In this document: piece by piece, positions 13,114-26,049 of the stretch
Layout of the letters: each line of letters opens with the position of its first letter
Numbering within the stretch: position 1 is the first letter of the stretch
DNA from: Octopus vulgaris
Taxonomy: Eukaryota
Assembly: GCA_951406725.2 (NCBI GenBank)
Contig: OX597823.1
Span: 37,138,001 to 37,202,000 of the forward strand
Reading direction: 5' to 3'
DNA: 64,000 bases
Notes under the pieces: generated by a model
Seen by the model: the letters and a program-made list of their open reading frames with translations, nothing else
The model's database searches: none
Told to the model about the DNA's origin: nothing
Position numbers and translations under genes: made by a program

Positions 13114-14980
13114 GGGTTACTTCTCTCTCGTTGGATGTTCGTGATCGGAATGCATGAGCACTCTGAAGCCCATTTTTGGTAAATCCTTCTGCATCAGCAG
13201 CATACAGTAGGTCTTGTTTACTGTTTACTGTTTACCAAATATTTTGTCATGTTTCTTCTTTCACTGTCAATGCACTCCCGTACGTTGATCAGCCCACGTC
13301 TACCTTTACCCCTCTTCATGTAGAGTCTGTGTACATTCACCTTAAGGTGAAGGGCACCGCGTATTGTCATTGTCTTTCTGGTAGTGCGATCGAGTTGATT
13401 AATCTCCACTTGTGTACATTTCAGGATAGGTGACTATAACGGACTACAGCAACAGTCTATATGTTGATGCCAGTCACAAGGTTCCTTGGGTTGAGTTTTG
13501 ATTACAAGAGAAGTTTGAGGTGCTTCAAATATGCAGTTATGATCTTGTCTTTCATTTCTCTGTGCAAGATATTGTCCAGCTCCAGGATTCCAAAGTACTT
13601 ATACCCATCATCATTCGGGTTTTCCATTCTCTCTCCTTCTGGGAATTCTATGCCCCTTTTCTGCTCTTTTTCCTCATTTCAAAGTGAACACCGCACACTT
13701 CGAGATAACGAATTCCATCCCTGTATCTTTGTTGTACAACTGCACAGCCTCTCCATTTCAGGTTCTGTTTTTGCGAACATTTTAAAGTCATCCATGAAGA
13801 GTAGATGGCTGAGACGAGGTCCATTCTTTCTCAGATCATAATGCGCGTTGACTTTGGGTAGGACTACAGAAAGTGAGATAAAGGCTATAACAAATAACAA
13901 AGGTAAACAAAAGTCTCCCTGGAAGATACCTCTTTCGATTGTTACCTCTGCTAAGCGCTGGTTGTTACGGAAAAGACATGTTTTCCAACTAGGCATGCTG
14001 TTCTTTATCAGTGCACACACGTTCTCAGCTATTCGACACATGTCGTGTGTTTCCAAAACCCACGAAAGTGGCAACATATAAGCCTTTTAAAAATCTATAG
14101 TTTTAAAAATCTATCCATGCTCAATTTTTTTTTGGTACCGTTTACAGTTCTTCATTACAACCTTGTCTATCACAAGGAGGTCCTTGATGCCCTTGGATCG
14201 TTTTCGGCATCCCTTTTGTTCTACTGGAAGTAGATTATTTTCCTCATGGAACGTATATATTTTCTCGGAAAGGATGCCTGTTAACACTTTCCATCGGAAG
14301 TTAAGACAAGCAATGGGTCGGTAATTGCCAACCTCATTGCCCCTTGACTGCTCTTTCATCAACAATGTCTTTCTCTCGACAATCCACTCAGGAACTGCAC
14401 CGCTTTGTAGACAATTGTCTAATTGTAACGCAATTTACTTGTGTGTTGACCTGAACCACTTGAATTCCGTCTGGTCCTGCCGATTTCCAGTTTGGCAGTT
14501 TTGATACCCGTGCAATTACATCTTCCGTTGTTATGCACACATAGTCCTGTCGTGGAGCCTCCGGGTAATCTCACGGAATGAATCCATTCAGCGCCGTGGT
14601 TGTGGAAAACTTCTTGCCCCCAGATGTTATTCCAAAATTGGCGGGTTTCCTCTGTTTCAGGAGATATATTATCTTCTGCATATCCTCTTAAGTTCTTAAA
14701 AAGCTGCCATTGGTTATTTGAGAATAACCGGTATTGCTGGAACAGCAATATACGATCAGTGTAGCTTTGCACCTTTAATGTTTTTGGCCGCACAAGTTGT
14801 TTTAGGGTTTCGATAACAGTTTTGAACCCTTTCTTTTCTATTTGGTATTTTGCGTCAAGATATGCCCTTGCACCTTGTTTTAGCATTTTCTATTGCCCTC
14901 TGGACTATTCTATACGACTCAGATCTTTACACAAAGTTTTAATATCACCTTCAATTCCACCATGGCACCTTCTGTCCTGT
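13110..14980 (-). mobile_element. Dong/R4-type LINE RT remnant
   Basis: NYRPIACLNFRWKVLTGIL, RGIFQGD..PLLFVI, SHLLFMDDFKMFA, HRLYMKRGKGRRGL; many frameshifts. Confidence 0.9.
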
Positions 14981-14998
14981 TATTATTATTTTCTTGTT

Positions 14999-15093
<95 letters not shown>

Positions 15094-15120
15094 TATTATT
15101 ATTATTAATATTTATATGAA

Positions 15121-15321
15121 GGCTGCGAGGTGGTAGAATCGTTACCGCGCCGGGCAAAATGCTTAGCGTCCTTAGGTTCTGAGTTAAAAGGCAAAGGTCA
15201 GCTTTGCCTTTAATCCTTTCGGGGGTCGATAAATTAGGTACCAGTAAAACATTGGGGTTTGTTTAATCAAATAGTCTCCTCCTCACCAAATTTCAGGCCT
15301 TGTGCTTTTAGTAGAAAGGAT
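15121..15321 (+). mobile_element. SINE family A (internal deletion)
   Basis: GGCTGCGAGGTGGTAGAATCGTTA...GTAGAAAGGA between (ATT)n tracts. Confidence 0.8.
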
Positions 15322-15351
15322 TATTATTATTACTATTATTATTATTATTAT

Positions 15352-15436
<85 letters not shown>

Positions 15437-15437
<1 letters not shown>

Positions 15438-15625
15438 AGAGCAGCACATGCCATCAAAAGTGACACTGGGGTACAAATATACGAAACCCATTAAATTCAT
15501 CGCGACGACCCGTCTGATAACGGTACACCAGGCACATGTATAACAACCATATGCGCACGGTATAGCGCTCTCATATCAACATATATAGCACATGACCCTG
15601 CAGGAGGAGCCCAGTTGAAACTTAC
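15437..15625 (-). mobile_element. Family X repeat, partial
   Basis: GAGAGCAGCACATGCCATCAAAAGTGACACTGGGG... matches 11715-11900. Confidence 0.7.
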
Positions 15626-15896
15626 TCTTCTGAATGGTTTTGCTTATTGGTTACACGATTCACTGGCAGATTCATTCAGTCATTGGTCAAATAACGAAGC
15701 AAAAACGAACAGACGGCAATCCGATTTTAGATGTATGTAAGTAATGTTATAACAGATATCCCACAAAAACAAAACTTTCAAAACAGTATCATATGATAGC
15801 AACCGTCCTAGAGCTCGCATCTGCTTTTTTGTTATTTTTTTCAGTAACTATTTCAAGCCAACAAAAAAAAAAAAAAAAAAAAATATTCTATCAGCA

Positions 15897-16080
15897 AATT
15901 AATGCGTTTATTTACATAATTTATACTTGTTATTTCGACACACCTCAAATCAATTAGTAAAACTTAACATACATCAGACCGCTTAAATTACGATTTTTGG
16001 CAGGGAATATATAAAGTGCTTACCAGACCGTTTTCACTCAACCCGCTTGCGGATTTGTAGGTTTAATGAGAATCTTCAAA
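15897..16080. repeat. Unclassified dispersed repeat (second copy ~24621-24800)
   Basis: ATTAATGCGTTTATTTACATAATTT...TACATCAG..CGCTTAAATTACG...TTTAATGAGAATCTTC is shared by both copies. Confidence 0.7.
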
Positions 16081-16401
16081 GATTAGCGTCTGATATACCA
16101 TCAAAAGAAATGATATTGCCAAATAATTTGCTGTTTAAACCACAATGTCTTATTAATTTACACCTCAAATTGTCACACATGTTCTCTGCTTTTACTGCTC
16201 ATACATACATACGTGCCTTTATACATAGAGCCAGTTAGATATATATTAACCAAACATACCTGTATGCGTATAAAGACAGAAGCGTATATGTATACACACA
16301 CACGCACTCACACACGCACATATATGTACATGTATATATATATACACACATACATACACAAACATATATATATACATACATACATACACACACACACATA
16401 T

Positions 16402-16803
16402 CCTTTGAACTCTCTCTCCAAAGTACTTGTCGGTTATCGGACTCGTCCCCGTATTTAGCCTTGGATGGAGCTTACCACCCGCTTTGGGCTGCGTTCCCAA
16501 GCTTCCCGACTCTCGGGCCGATGAACACCGCCGATCGCCGCCGGCTCGGAATGGGCCTGGCACCCGCTCTGGGCAGCCCCGAAATCGAGGGTACTCCGAA
16601 CCTAGCCGAGCGAAACGATCAACCTTGCGTCACAATTCTCGACGACTGGCGCGGCCGACGAGATTCGGCTTTGGGCTTCTCCCGGTTCACTCGCCGTTAC
16701 TTAGGGAATCCCGGTTGGTTTCTTTTCCTCCGCTTAGCGATATACTTAAGTTGGGCGGGTAATCTCGTCCGAGTCGAAGGCAGCACCCCCGGGCTGTTTC
16801 ACG
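16402..16803 (-). pseudogene. Dispersed rDNA fragment: end of ITS2 plus first ~380 nt of 28S rRNA
   Basis: Minus strand TACCCGCCCAACTTAAGTATATC.CTAAGCGGAGGAAAAGAAACCAAC.GGGATTCCCTAAGTAACGGCGAGTGAA...GGTGGTAAGCTCCATCCAAGGCTAAATAC; GC-rich island; lacks a conserved ~23-nt segment. Confidence 0.9.
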
Positions 16804-17110
16804 GTACATATATTTGTGTGTGTACATATATGTTTTGGTCCCATTTTCAGCAAATTTCTTGTCTGTGCCCCCAGAGCGGAAGCAATATTATCGATAATCG
16901 CCGAAATTGCGCTTGACCCTCTGACCGATAACTGAAGAGGAGCTGGTGCATTTCTGTGTTTTCTGTTCGTCTGTGTATTTAGTATATGCTCCTATTATTA
17001 TTATTATTATTATTATTATTGTTATTATTGTTATTATTGTTATTGTTGTTGTTGTTGTTGTTGTTGTCGTGTCGTCGTTGTCGTTGTTGTTGTTGTTGTC
17101 GTTGTTGTTG

Positions 17111-17152
<42 letters not shown>

Positions 17153-17511
17153 ACAACAACATCAACGACAACAACAACAACAACAACAACAACAATAATA
17201 ATAATAATAATAATAATATATATATATATATATACATTCATGTATGTCATATTTATGTAACGCACGCACTCATTATTTTTTTACCTATTTGTAGAAATTT
17301 TCTTGGAATATTTTTGTATCACTCTGTCTCTTTCCTTTACTTTAGCTTCTCTTAATTTCCTTTCTCTCCCCCCCTCTCTCTCTCTCTCTCAACAAATTGT
17401 TGTTGTTGTTGTTGTTTTATATATATATATATATATATAATCAACAACAACAACGACGACGACAACAATAACAACAACAACAACAACAATAACAACAATA
17501 ATAATAATAAT

Positions 17512-17554
<43 letters not shown>

Positions 17555-17557
<3 letters not shown>

Positions 17558-20246
17558 CAAAGTCAAGTCCTTCCTTCGGAAGTACCACTCCGGAAACATA
17601 CTAGTGATGGGTGATTTTAACCTCCCTCATGTGAACTGGCCCACAAATACTCCGAAGTTAGGCAAGTGCTCTACATCAGATAGGGCAGCAGCATAACTGC
17701 TCTTTAATCTGATGGATGAGTGTTTCCTGACTCAGCTAGTGCTTGAACCAACGAGACAGAATAAAACGATCTTGGATCTGGTATTGACCAATCACTCTAG
17801 CTACGTTCACAGCATTTCAGTCGAAAAAACTCTCCTCTCAGACCACGACATGGTACTCTGCAATCTTAATTCCCGACATATAAAAACCAAACCAGCCAAT
17901 CCCACTCCATGGCACCCATTTGACAACATAAACTTCCACAAAGCGGACTGGGGAACAATCAGAAAGGATCTGTCTTCCATCGACTGGTCTTTTACTCTCA
18001 ATTCCCTCATATTGAGACCGCGTGGCAGCACTTTGAAACCATTGTCACCTATACATACTCTAAACACGCTCCCAAGAAATCTACTAACACAAACAGAAAC
18101 CGGCTCCCTAAAAAGAAAAAAACACTCATCAGGCGCATCAAAAGACTCAACAAAAAAATCAACCAATTAAAATATTCCCACACACAACATCCACATTCAA
18201 CAACAATGAAAAGACTAGAGCTGGAAAAACTTCATCTGCAGACTAACATGAAAACTTCCATTGAAAATCAAAGAGCTGTGGAGGAACAATGGGTAATCAA
18301 AAACATCAAACAGAACCCAAGTGTTCTATTCTTATGCAAATAAGCATAGAACCACTGTCTCACCCATTGGGCCATTGATTGATGATAACGGCATTCCCCA
18401 ACACGATGCTAAAGAAATGGCAGAAATACTGCAGAAACAATACTGCTCTGTCTTCAGTGTTCCCACTGATATTGATGTGAGGGAAACGAACGAAGTTGAC
18501 TCCCAACACAAAATCGCAGACATAACCTTCACTGCCACCGACATTGTAGCAGCAATAAATGAGGTCAAACATTACTCTGCTGTAGGCCCTGATAGATTTC
18601 CCGCTAGTCTCCTGAAGGAATGTAGATATCAATTTGCAGTCCCTCTGACCAACCTCTGGAGAAACTCGTTAGACGCAGGTTATATACCGAAACAGTTTCT
18701 ATCCCAGTCGGTCATCCCGGTTTTCAAACAGGGAAATAGATCCCTCGCAGTCAACTATCGCCCAATCTCACTCACCTCCCACATCATTAAAGTGTTTGAA
18801 AGAGTGTTAAGATCAAGGATAGCTGACTTCCTGGAGACCCACAAACTCCTAAATTCAAATCAGCATGGCTTTCGCTGTGGCAGGGACTGTCTAACACAGC
18901 TCTTACACCACATTGAAGATGTACTCAAAGCCTTGGGAACAAGTTCGAACTCTGACGTCATATATCTTGACTTCAGTAAAGCGTTCGACAGGGTAGACCA
19001 TAACATCCTACTCTCAAAATTGGCAAATGTTGGAATCCGTGGAAAAGTTCTACGCTGGATTCAGTATTTCCTGGCGAATAGAACACAACATGTTGTAGTT
19101 GATGGAGTCCACTCAAACCCAGCAAAAGTCACCAGCGGTGTTCCCCAGGGAACTGTTTTGGGTCCGCTACTCTTCATAATTTACGTAAACGACCTTTCCA
19201 GTGTCGTACATCACTGCAAAGTGAAAATATTCGCTAATGACACTAAGCTCCAGCAAATCGTCAATGAAGAAGCAGACCGAACTCAACTCCAGTCTGATCT
19301 ATATGCTGTGAGTCAATGGGCAGACAGAAACAAAATGCAACTGAATGAGGGAAAATTTGAGCTGATGCATTTTGGAAGAAATTCCTCACTTAAACAACCA
19401 TACTCTCTTCCTCCAGGGGAACCGCTCACAGCCTCTAACAATATCAGAGACCTGGGTGTAATTGTTGATGACGATCTCAGTTGGAGTGCACACATCAACA
19501 AGAAGGTCGATATAGCTCGTAGGATGAGTTCCTGGATCTTAAGAACTTTCCGGTCCAGAGAACAAGGTGTCATCATACCACTTTTTTCCTCCTTTGTACG
19601 GCCACACCTTGAATACTGCTTCCCACTGTGGTCTCCTCACACAAGACAAAACATCTCCAGAATTGAGTCACCCCAGAGGGCTCTCACTAAACAAATTGAA
19701 GGCATGGCTGCTCTCGATTATTGGGATCGCCTTAAAGCCTTGAAACTTTACTCCCTCCAGCGTCGCCGTGAGCGGTACATCATTTGTACGATGTGGAAAA
19801 TATACCGCCAACTTTGCCCAAACGACCTAAACATTAGCTTCAAGGTTCATCCAAGACTTGGACCACGGGCTATACGTCCCCTGCCAAATTCAAGATCACA
19901 ACATACATGTACACTGCAACATAATTTCTTTTCCTCAACAGGCCCTGCCCTATTTAATATTGTCCCGAGGGAGATCAAAGAGGAAAAGGATCCCATCAAC
20001 TTCAAACAGAGTCTGGATAGATTCCTTCAAAGAATACCAGATAAGCCACCCATAATTGGATACAACTCACCCAACAAGAACTCACTACTTGAACAAAACT
20101 GGATACAACTCACCCAACAAGAACTCACTACATGAACAAAACTTGACTTAAACAGGATTCGAATAATCCTATCAGGTGGTGCTATTAAGTTAGACATGGC
20201 CTGGACCAATCTCTGGTCGAAACATATCTAAGTTTATCTAAGTTTA
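17555..20246 (+). mobile_element. 5'-truncated CR1/L2-group LINE, young, inserted in (TA)n
   Basis: APE motifs VMGDFNLP, LDLVLTN and SDHDMV; RT ORF 18321..20135; tail (CTAAGTTTAT)2; (TA)n on both sides. Confidence 0.9.
18321..20135 (+). CDS. LINE reverse transcriptase (ORF2 C-terminal 604 aa; catalytic motif reads FAND)
   Basis: NYRPISLTS, QHGFR, YLDFSKAFDRV, GVPQGTVLGPLLF, IFANDTK, RDLGV, VRPHLEY; separated from the endonuclease part by frameshifts. Confidence 0.85.
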   Translation: MFYSYANKHRTTVSPIGPLIDDNGIPQHDAKEMAEILQKQYCSVFSVPTDIDVRETNEVDSQHKIADITFTATDIVAAINEVKHYSAVGPDRFPASLLKECRYQFAVPLTNLWRNSLDAGYIPKQFLSQSVIPVFKQGNRSLAVNYRPISLTSHIIKVFERVLRSRIADFLETHKLLNSNQHGFRCGRDCLTQLLHHIEDVLKALGTSSNSDVIYLDFSKAFDRVDHNILLSKLANVGIRGKVLRWIQYFLANRTQHVVVDGVHSNPAKVTSGVPQGTVLGPLLFIIYVNDLSSVVHHCKVKIFANDTKLQQIVNEEADRTQLQSDLYAVSQWADRNKMQLNEGKFELMHFGRNSSLKQPYSLPPGEPLTASNNIRDLGVIVDDDLSWSAHINKKVDIARRMSSWILRTFRSREQGVIIPLFSSFVRPHLEYCFPLWSPHTRQNISRIESPQRALTKQIEGMAALDYWDRLKALKLYSLQRRRERYIICTMWKIYRQLCPNDLNISFKVHPRLGPRAIRPLPNSRSQHTCTLQHNFFSSTGPALFNIVPREIKEEKDPINFKQSLDRFLQRIPDKPPIIGYNSPNKNSLLEQNWIQLTQQELTT

Positions 20247-20384
20247 TATATATATACATTCATGTATGTCATATTTATGTAACGCACGCACTCATTATTT
20301 TTTTACCTATTTGTAAAAATTTTCTTGGAATATTTTTGTATCACTCTGTCTGTTTCCTTTACTTTGGCTTCTCTTAATTTCCTT

Positions 20385-20439
<55 letters not shown>

Positions 20440-20958
20440 CTATCTGTCTTTCTCTGTTACCCTTCTTCCACTATCACCTGATCCGTAACAGCTTAAGACG
20501 ATGTCATTCCTTTTAACGTTGCCTTCGACCGGACTAGTCACAATTTGGGATCCTCGCTGTACCCGTCCCGTGTCAGTAGTCTTTTAGGACAGCTTTCATT
20601 TCTCCTTCGCGTTACCCATATTTGTCTTGTCTTGCAGCCCTAACGCTTTTTGCTTTGCTGTATATGTATTATTATCATTTTAATTGTTGTCTTCGTGTGG
20701 ATCTAAGCCTTTATTCTGTTTATTGTTTGGTCCCTCACCGTTCACTTATGGTCTCGTCTTGAACCCGTCTCGTTTTTTTTAATTTTTTGGTTCCATTCCC
20801 GGTAAGTTTCTTGCTCGTGCCGCCTGAGTGGAAGCAATACTATCGATAATGGTCGAAATTGCGCTTGACGCTTTGGCCGATAACTGAAGAGGAGTTGGTG
20901 ACCATCTGGGTTCTTTATTCGTTTGCGTATTTAGTATAGTTTCTTTTTAATTATATAC

Positions 20959-21017
<59 letters not shown>

Positions 21018-21049
21018 TGTGTCTGTGTCTGTGTGCGTCACTGTGTGTG

Positions 21050-21234
21050 TGTTTGTCCCCAACATCGTTTGACAACCGATGCAGGTATGTTTACGCCCGT
21101 GTAACTTAGCGGTTCGGCAACAGAGACTGATAGAATAAGTACTAGGCTTACAAAGAATAAGTCCCGGGGTCGATTTGCTCGACTAAAGGTGGTGTTTTAG
21201 CATGGCCGCAGTCAAATGACTGAAACAACTAAAA

Positions 21235-21238
<4 letters not shown>
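21050..21238 (+). mobile_element. SINE family B, 3' half
   Basis: TTTGTCCCC...TTAGCGGTTCGGCAA...CATGGCCGCAGTCAAATGACTGAAACAA, as in the copy at 53223. Confidence 0.85.
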
Positions 21239-21295
<57 letters not shown>

Positions 21296-21330
21296 GATAT
21301 GTATATATATATACATATAGGTATATATAT

Positions 21331-21388
<58 letters not shown>

Positions 21389-21636
21389 ACAGAGGTATGT
21401 TATATTTTCCGTTTGTTTTCTTTTTAAATAATCCTGAAATACATATATATATATATATATACATACATATATACATACATACAAGCAGGCATGCATACAC
21501 ACATACATAAATACATACATACATAAATACATACATACATATATACATACATGCATATATATATATATGTATATATGTATGCATTTATGTATATGAGTAT
21601 GCTCGCAAGCATGTATGTGTGTATATACATATATAT

Positions 21637-21745
21637 TCTTTTACTTGTTTCAGTCATTAGACTGCGCCCATGCTGGACCACCGCCTTAAGTCGGGCAAAT
21701 CGACACCAGGACTTATTCTTTGTAAGCCTAGTACTTATTCTCTCT
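21637..21745 (-). mobile_element. SINE family B, 3' fragment
   Basis: TCTTTTACTTGTTTCAGTCATT...TTTGTAAGCCTAGTACTTATTC. Confidence 0.8.
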
Positions 21746-21819
21746 ATATATATATACATCTTTATAGTCCTCCCTGTAAAAATACAAATTGAAAGAAGTC
21801 TGTCGTATATGTGGTTATA

Positions 21820-21987
21820 GGCACAGATGTAACTGCCTGGTAAGAAGTTTGCTTCTCAACCACATAGTTCCGGGTACAGTCCGACTGCATTGCACCTTCG
21901 GCATGTTTCTTCTACTATAGCCTCGGGTCGACCAAAGCCTTAAAAGTACATCTGGTAGACGGAAAAGGAAAGAAGCCCGTCGTATGC

Positions 21988-22041
<54 letters not shown>

Positions 22042-22222
22042 CAGTGTTTGCTCCCCACCATTGCTTGACAATAGCTGTTGGTGTGCTTATGCCCCTATAA
22101 ACTAGCGATTCGGCAAAAGATATCGATAGAATAAGTACCAGGCTTTAAAAAAGTACTGGGGTCGATCCATCCGACTAAAAATTCTTCAAAACTGTGCCCC
22201 AGCATGACCGCAGTCTAATGAG
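21820..22222 (+). mobile_element. SINE family B (CORE-like, internal (TG)n)
   Basis: Diverged near-full copy of the 44647/53223 family. Confidence 0.8.
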
Positions 22223-22526
22223 TCGCTCTCTTTTTTCTTGATAATCTTTGCTTTTTCAGATTCTCGCATAAACATTTATTAATATAACCGAATGCATCAA
22301 TTATTATTTGCATAATTGTGAATTTCTAGACAGTTTAAGGAAGTTAGAGATTTCGAAACAGCTATTCATAAATATTCCCCTCGCTGATTTTGGAAGAAAT
22401 GCTCAGATATGAGTATCTTGCCTTTCTCACTAGCTATTTTTTTTAAAATTTCCGCCTCAAAGAATAAAATCAGGTCTCTATTTGTACATACTCTTTTGCC
22501 CTCGTTTTTATATATATGTGTGTGTG

Positions 22527-22838
22527 CAGTGGCAGACTGGGTCTAAAAATATTGGTTGCCAGGAGACTAAGGGCGCCCACTCGCAGCTACAAGGGGGCCC
22601 AACCGCAACTACAATGCTATCATTTAATTTTTTCTTTTTTTTTTGTTAAAAGTATTCTTTTTAACTGTCTACAAACACACTCAGGCTGAAATAATTAATG
22701 CATTCTTCCAGGAGTGAATAAAAAAAATCCTCAAACTTGAGAGGTGGGCCCCTTAGATACTAACATGGGTCCCCATATATGGATTCTAATGGCACTGGGA
22801 CCCACTTGCCACCGAGCAAGCTGGCCAGTCCGCTACTG
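22527..22838. mobile_element. MITE with CAGTGGC.GACTGG TIRs (hAT-like)
   Basis: CAGTGGCAGACTGG...CCAGTCCGCTACTG, inserted in a TG/CG tract; TSD unreadable. Confidence 0.65.
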
Positions 22839-23092
22839 CGCGCGCGCGCGTGTGTGTGTGCGTGCGAATCTGAACAGATAACACCTAATTATAGAGTAGC
22901 AATTACTTATTGGTTTGTTTACATAATAATTAATTGATTAATTGTAGTTTCATTTGTAATTAGAAGCTTCAAGAAAAGAATCAGTAAACAAGAAATGGAG
23001 CCATAAAAATAAGACTACAAAGAAAATATGTAATATGTGTGTATGTGTGTATGTTCGTTTGTGTTTGTGTGCGCGCGCACGCGTATGTATGT

Positions 23093-24590
23093 AAAGAAAT
23101 TGCTTAGGGATCCGATCATTTTCTATCCTGACAACGTAGTCACTTAACCGTAATCGTTGCTGAAGTACTAAAGACACTACACTAACAGACAGACTGTATT
23201 CGAGGACTTCAACATCACTTACATTTTTCATCGAATACCCAGTATACGGCTGAAATTATGGACGAAATTACCCCCAGCCTTTTCATATTTCCGATTAGTA
23301 ACTTGGGTTTCTGATGCATATAACAATGAAGACAAAACACAAGTATTGTAGACCTTCAGCTTTGTCTCAATTGAAATTCCGTGCTGAGATCATAAATGTC
23401 TATCCAATTTTCTGAATGCATCAGCGACTTTCTTGAATGGGAGGATTTCATCATCAAGAGTATTTACTGCCTAAATCTACGAATTTATCCTCATCCTTCA
23501 ATTTTTGTCCAGCCATATACCTGCTTGGCTCAGAGTAGGCTTTACCGAGGGCATGTTGGTACATTACAACTGACTTTTACAGGCTGGTTGTTAAACCCAT
23601 TGTACTGCATACTGTTGTGAAGGGGTCCATAAAATACTGCATGTCACTCTGGGAAATGGCGTTACAGGAAATCGCGTACTAGTATTGAGAAAAACTTATA
23701 TTCAATATCTAACCCGTTGTTCTGTATCTGATGTACACCCCAAGTAAGCAATCCTCGAAAGCCGCCAAGAAAACCATAGTAAGATACAACATGAACGAAG
23801 TTAGTGCTAGTATATCTCCTTCCTTAACACCAGTTTCAACCAAAATTGGATCATAGACTTTACTACCTACGTTGACAGATGCAGTTTAAAAGCTGGTACA
23901 TCTTCCATTCCCAGAATAGAGTCATCAGGATCTTCCAAATAAATAACACTGCATATCTTTCATGCCTTCATTTCAGGAATAGAGCCTCACTTCTTTGAGC
24001 GCCCCACCAATATTTCATCTACTTCACTGAAACAACATTTTCCTTGTGTAACAGCGTTGGATTGCCGGGGGCTCTGCTGTTAGTTTGATGTTATATGACG
24101 ATCGTTATTGGGAGCAACATACCAGACGACAGAGAAAAATGTTCCCTACAGGAGCAACACGGTTACTTCTATTCCTTGTTCTGAATAATTTCAGAATCCA
24201 GTGAGCTATCTTAGTAATATGCAAACGGAATGGTACATTGTTCGTCATGTGCATTTTCAGATTGTACATCGATTACGACTCTGAAATTGCTATAAACCTT
24301 AGTTTTGTGCATTATGGTTACAATCTGCTTGGCTGATAGCACAGTACTTTTTCAACATTGAACTGCATATCGCTTTCTTGAGTTTATATTTCACCGTCGG
24401 CTGGTGCACAACAACGATTATAAGTTGATCCAAAAGTACAATGGTAAAATAATACTCCTAAGATTACCTGATGAAAGTTAGTAAACCTTTCGTATCTCAC
24501 TACCTTATCGGATCAACTCTTTAAGCTGACAAAGTTTCATATTGCAGCTAGCATGAATTATGTCAAGTTTCTTACATCTTTATACCAAAG
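23093..24590 (-). mobile_element. Highly decayed RTE-type LINE
   Basis: QQRLRLSDYVVRIENDRIPKQFLY at the 3' side; traces of RT and APE further right. Confidence 0.6.
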
Positions 24591-24918
24591 AAGTGAAACA
24601 AATTATTAATCCACCATTAATATTAATGCGTTTATTTACATAATTTAACTTTGTTATTTTGACACTTTTCAAGTCAATTAATAAAACTTAGCCTACATCA
24701 GGGCGCTTAAATTACGGTTTTTGACATAGAGTATATAACCTGCTTACTGAAATGTTTTCATTCAAACCACTTGTGGACCTCAGGATTTAATGAGAATCTT
24801 CTAAAACTGCAATAATTGCATTATGATATAACATCAAAGAAATAATAAAAACTGATAATTAGCCGGCTAAACTGGTCTCCTTTATTAATGAGCGCCATAA
24901 ATTGTTTTATTTGTTCTC

Positions 24919-24955
<37 letters not shown>

Positions 24956-24973
24956 AACATATATATATATACA

Positions 24974-25028
<55 letters not shown>

Positions 25029-25344
25029 GCATTTATTATACATGTGTGCGTATATATTATATATATACATATAAGTGTTTATTTGTGTGTACAAACACAT
25101 TTATTCATATATGTATACATATATGCATGCATATATGTGTGTGTGTGGTCTGTGAGTGTGTCAGATACATGTTGGATATGCATAAAAAGTGACAACGCCC
25201 AATGCTGGGTTAGCAGAACTTAACCTACCTATACATACACAGACGCACGCAGAAGTACACACAGGTATTAACATAAATGTGTATATGTATGTTCGCGTTT
25301 GTGCGTGCATGTGTGTGTGTGTGTGTGTGTGTATGTGTGTGCGA

Positions 25345-25423
<79 letters not shown>

Positions 25424-26049
25424 GAGCTAATAAGAATAAAACAAAGGAGCTGCTCGTTTCTAAACAGAATTATTTGATTTCGTTGGCGGCTGAAACTTCA
25501 GAATATGATACTCCGAGTCTCTCATTTCTGATCTTCGGTCAATCTTGAAACACAAGAAAGATGCATGAAAGATAACATTGAAGATATTTGAATATCTCGA
25601 TAGGGTTTAACTTGATGAAAATGAAATAAAAGTGTATTATTGTTACATTGGATACAAATTAAATGAAAAGAAAAAAAAAACTGTGTAGGGAAGTGTTACT
25701 AATCAGAGAAGAGAAAAAAAGAAGGAAAAGAAAAGAATAAAGGAACCAAAAGCATTGCTAGTGTATATGTGCATATACGTATTTACATATATTTGCATAT
25801 ATGTATCTGGGAAAATAGAAGTTTAAAAATAAGTCCTGCGTATCGTTACAATGGAAATTGTGTGTTTATGTGTGTGTGTGCACGCGCGCACGCGCAGTAT
25901 GTGTGCGCACGAACAGTATGTGTGTGCACGCGCAGTTAGTGTGCATGTATGTGTATGTGCGTGTGCGCGCGCGCCGTGTATGTTTGTTCATAAAAATATG
26001 TAAAAGAGTAATTAGGAAAGCAAATAAACAAATGAAATATAAGTACATA

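Noticed and set aside
16402-16803. Functional rRNA gene
   Set aside because: Only ~400 bp, internally deleted, with no 18S or 5.8S nearby.
16246-16916. GC-rich ORFs on both strands
   Set aside because: They overlap the 28S rDNA fragment and are spurious.
17235-20420. LTR retrotransposon (direct repeats flanking an RT)
   Set aside because: The RT is non-LTR type with an APE domain and a tandem-repeat tail; the repeats lack TG..CA ends, PBS and PPT.
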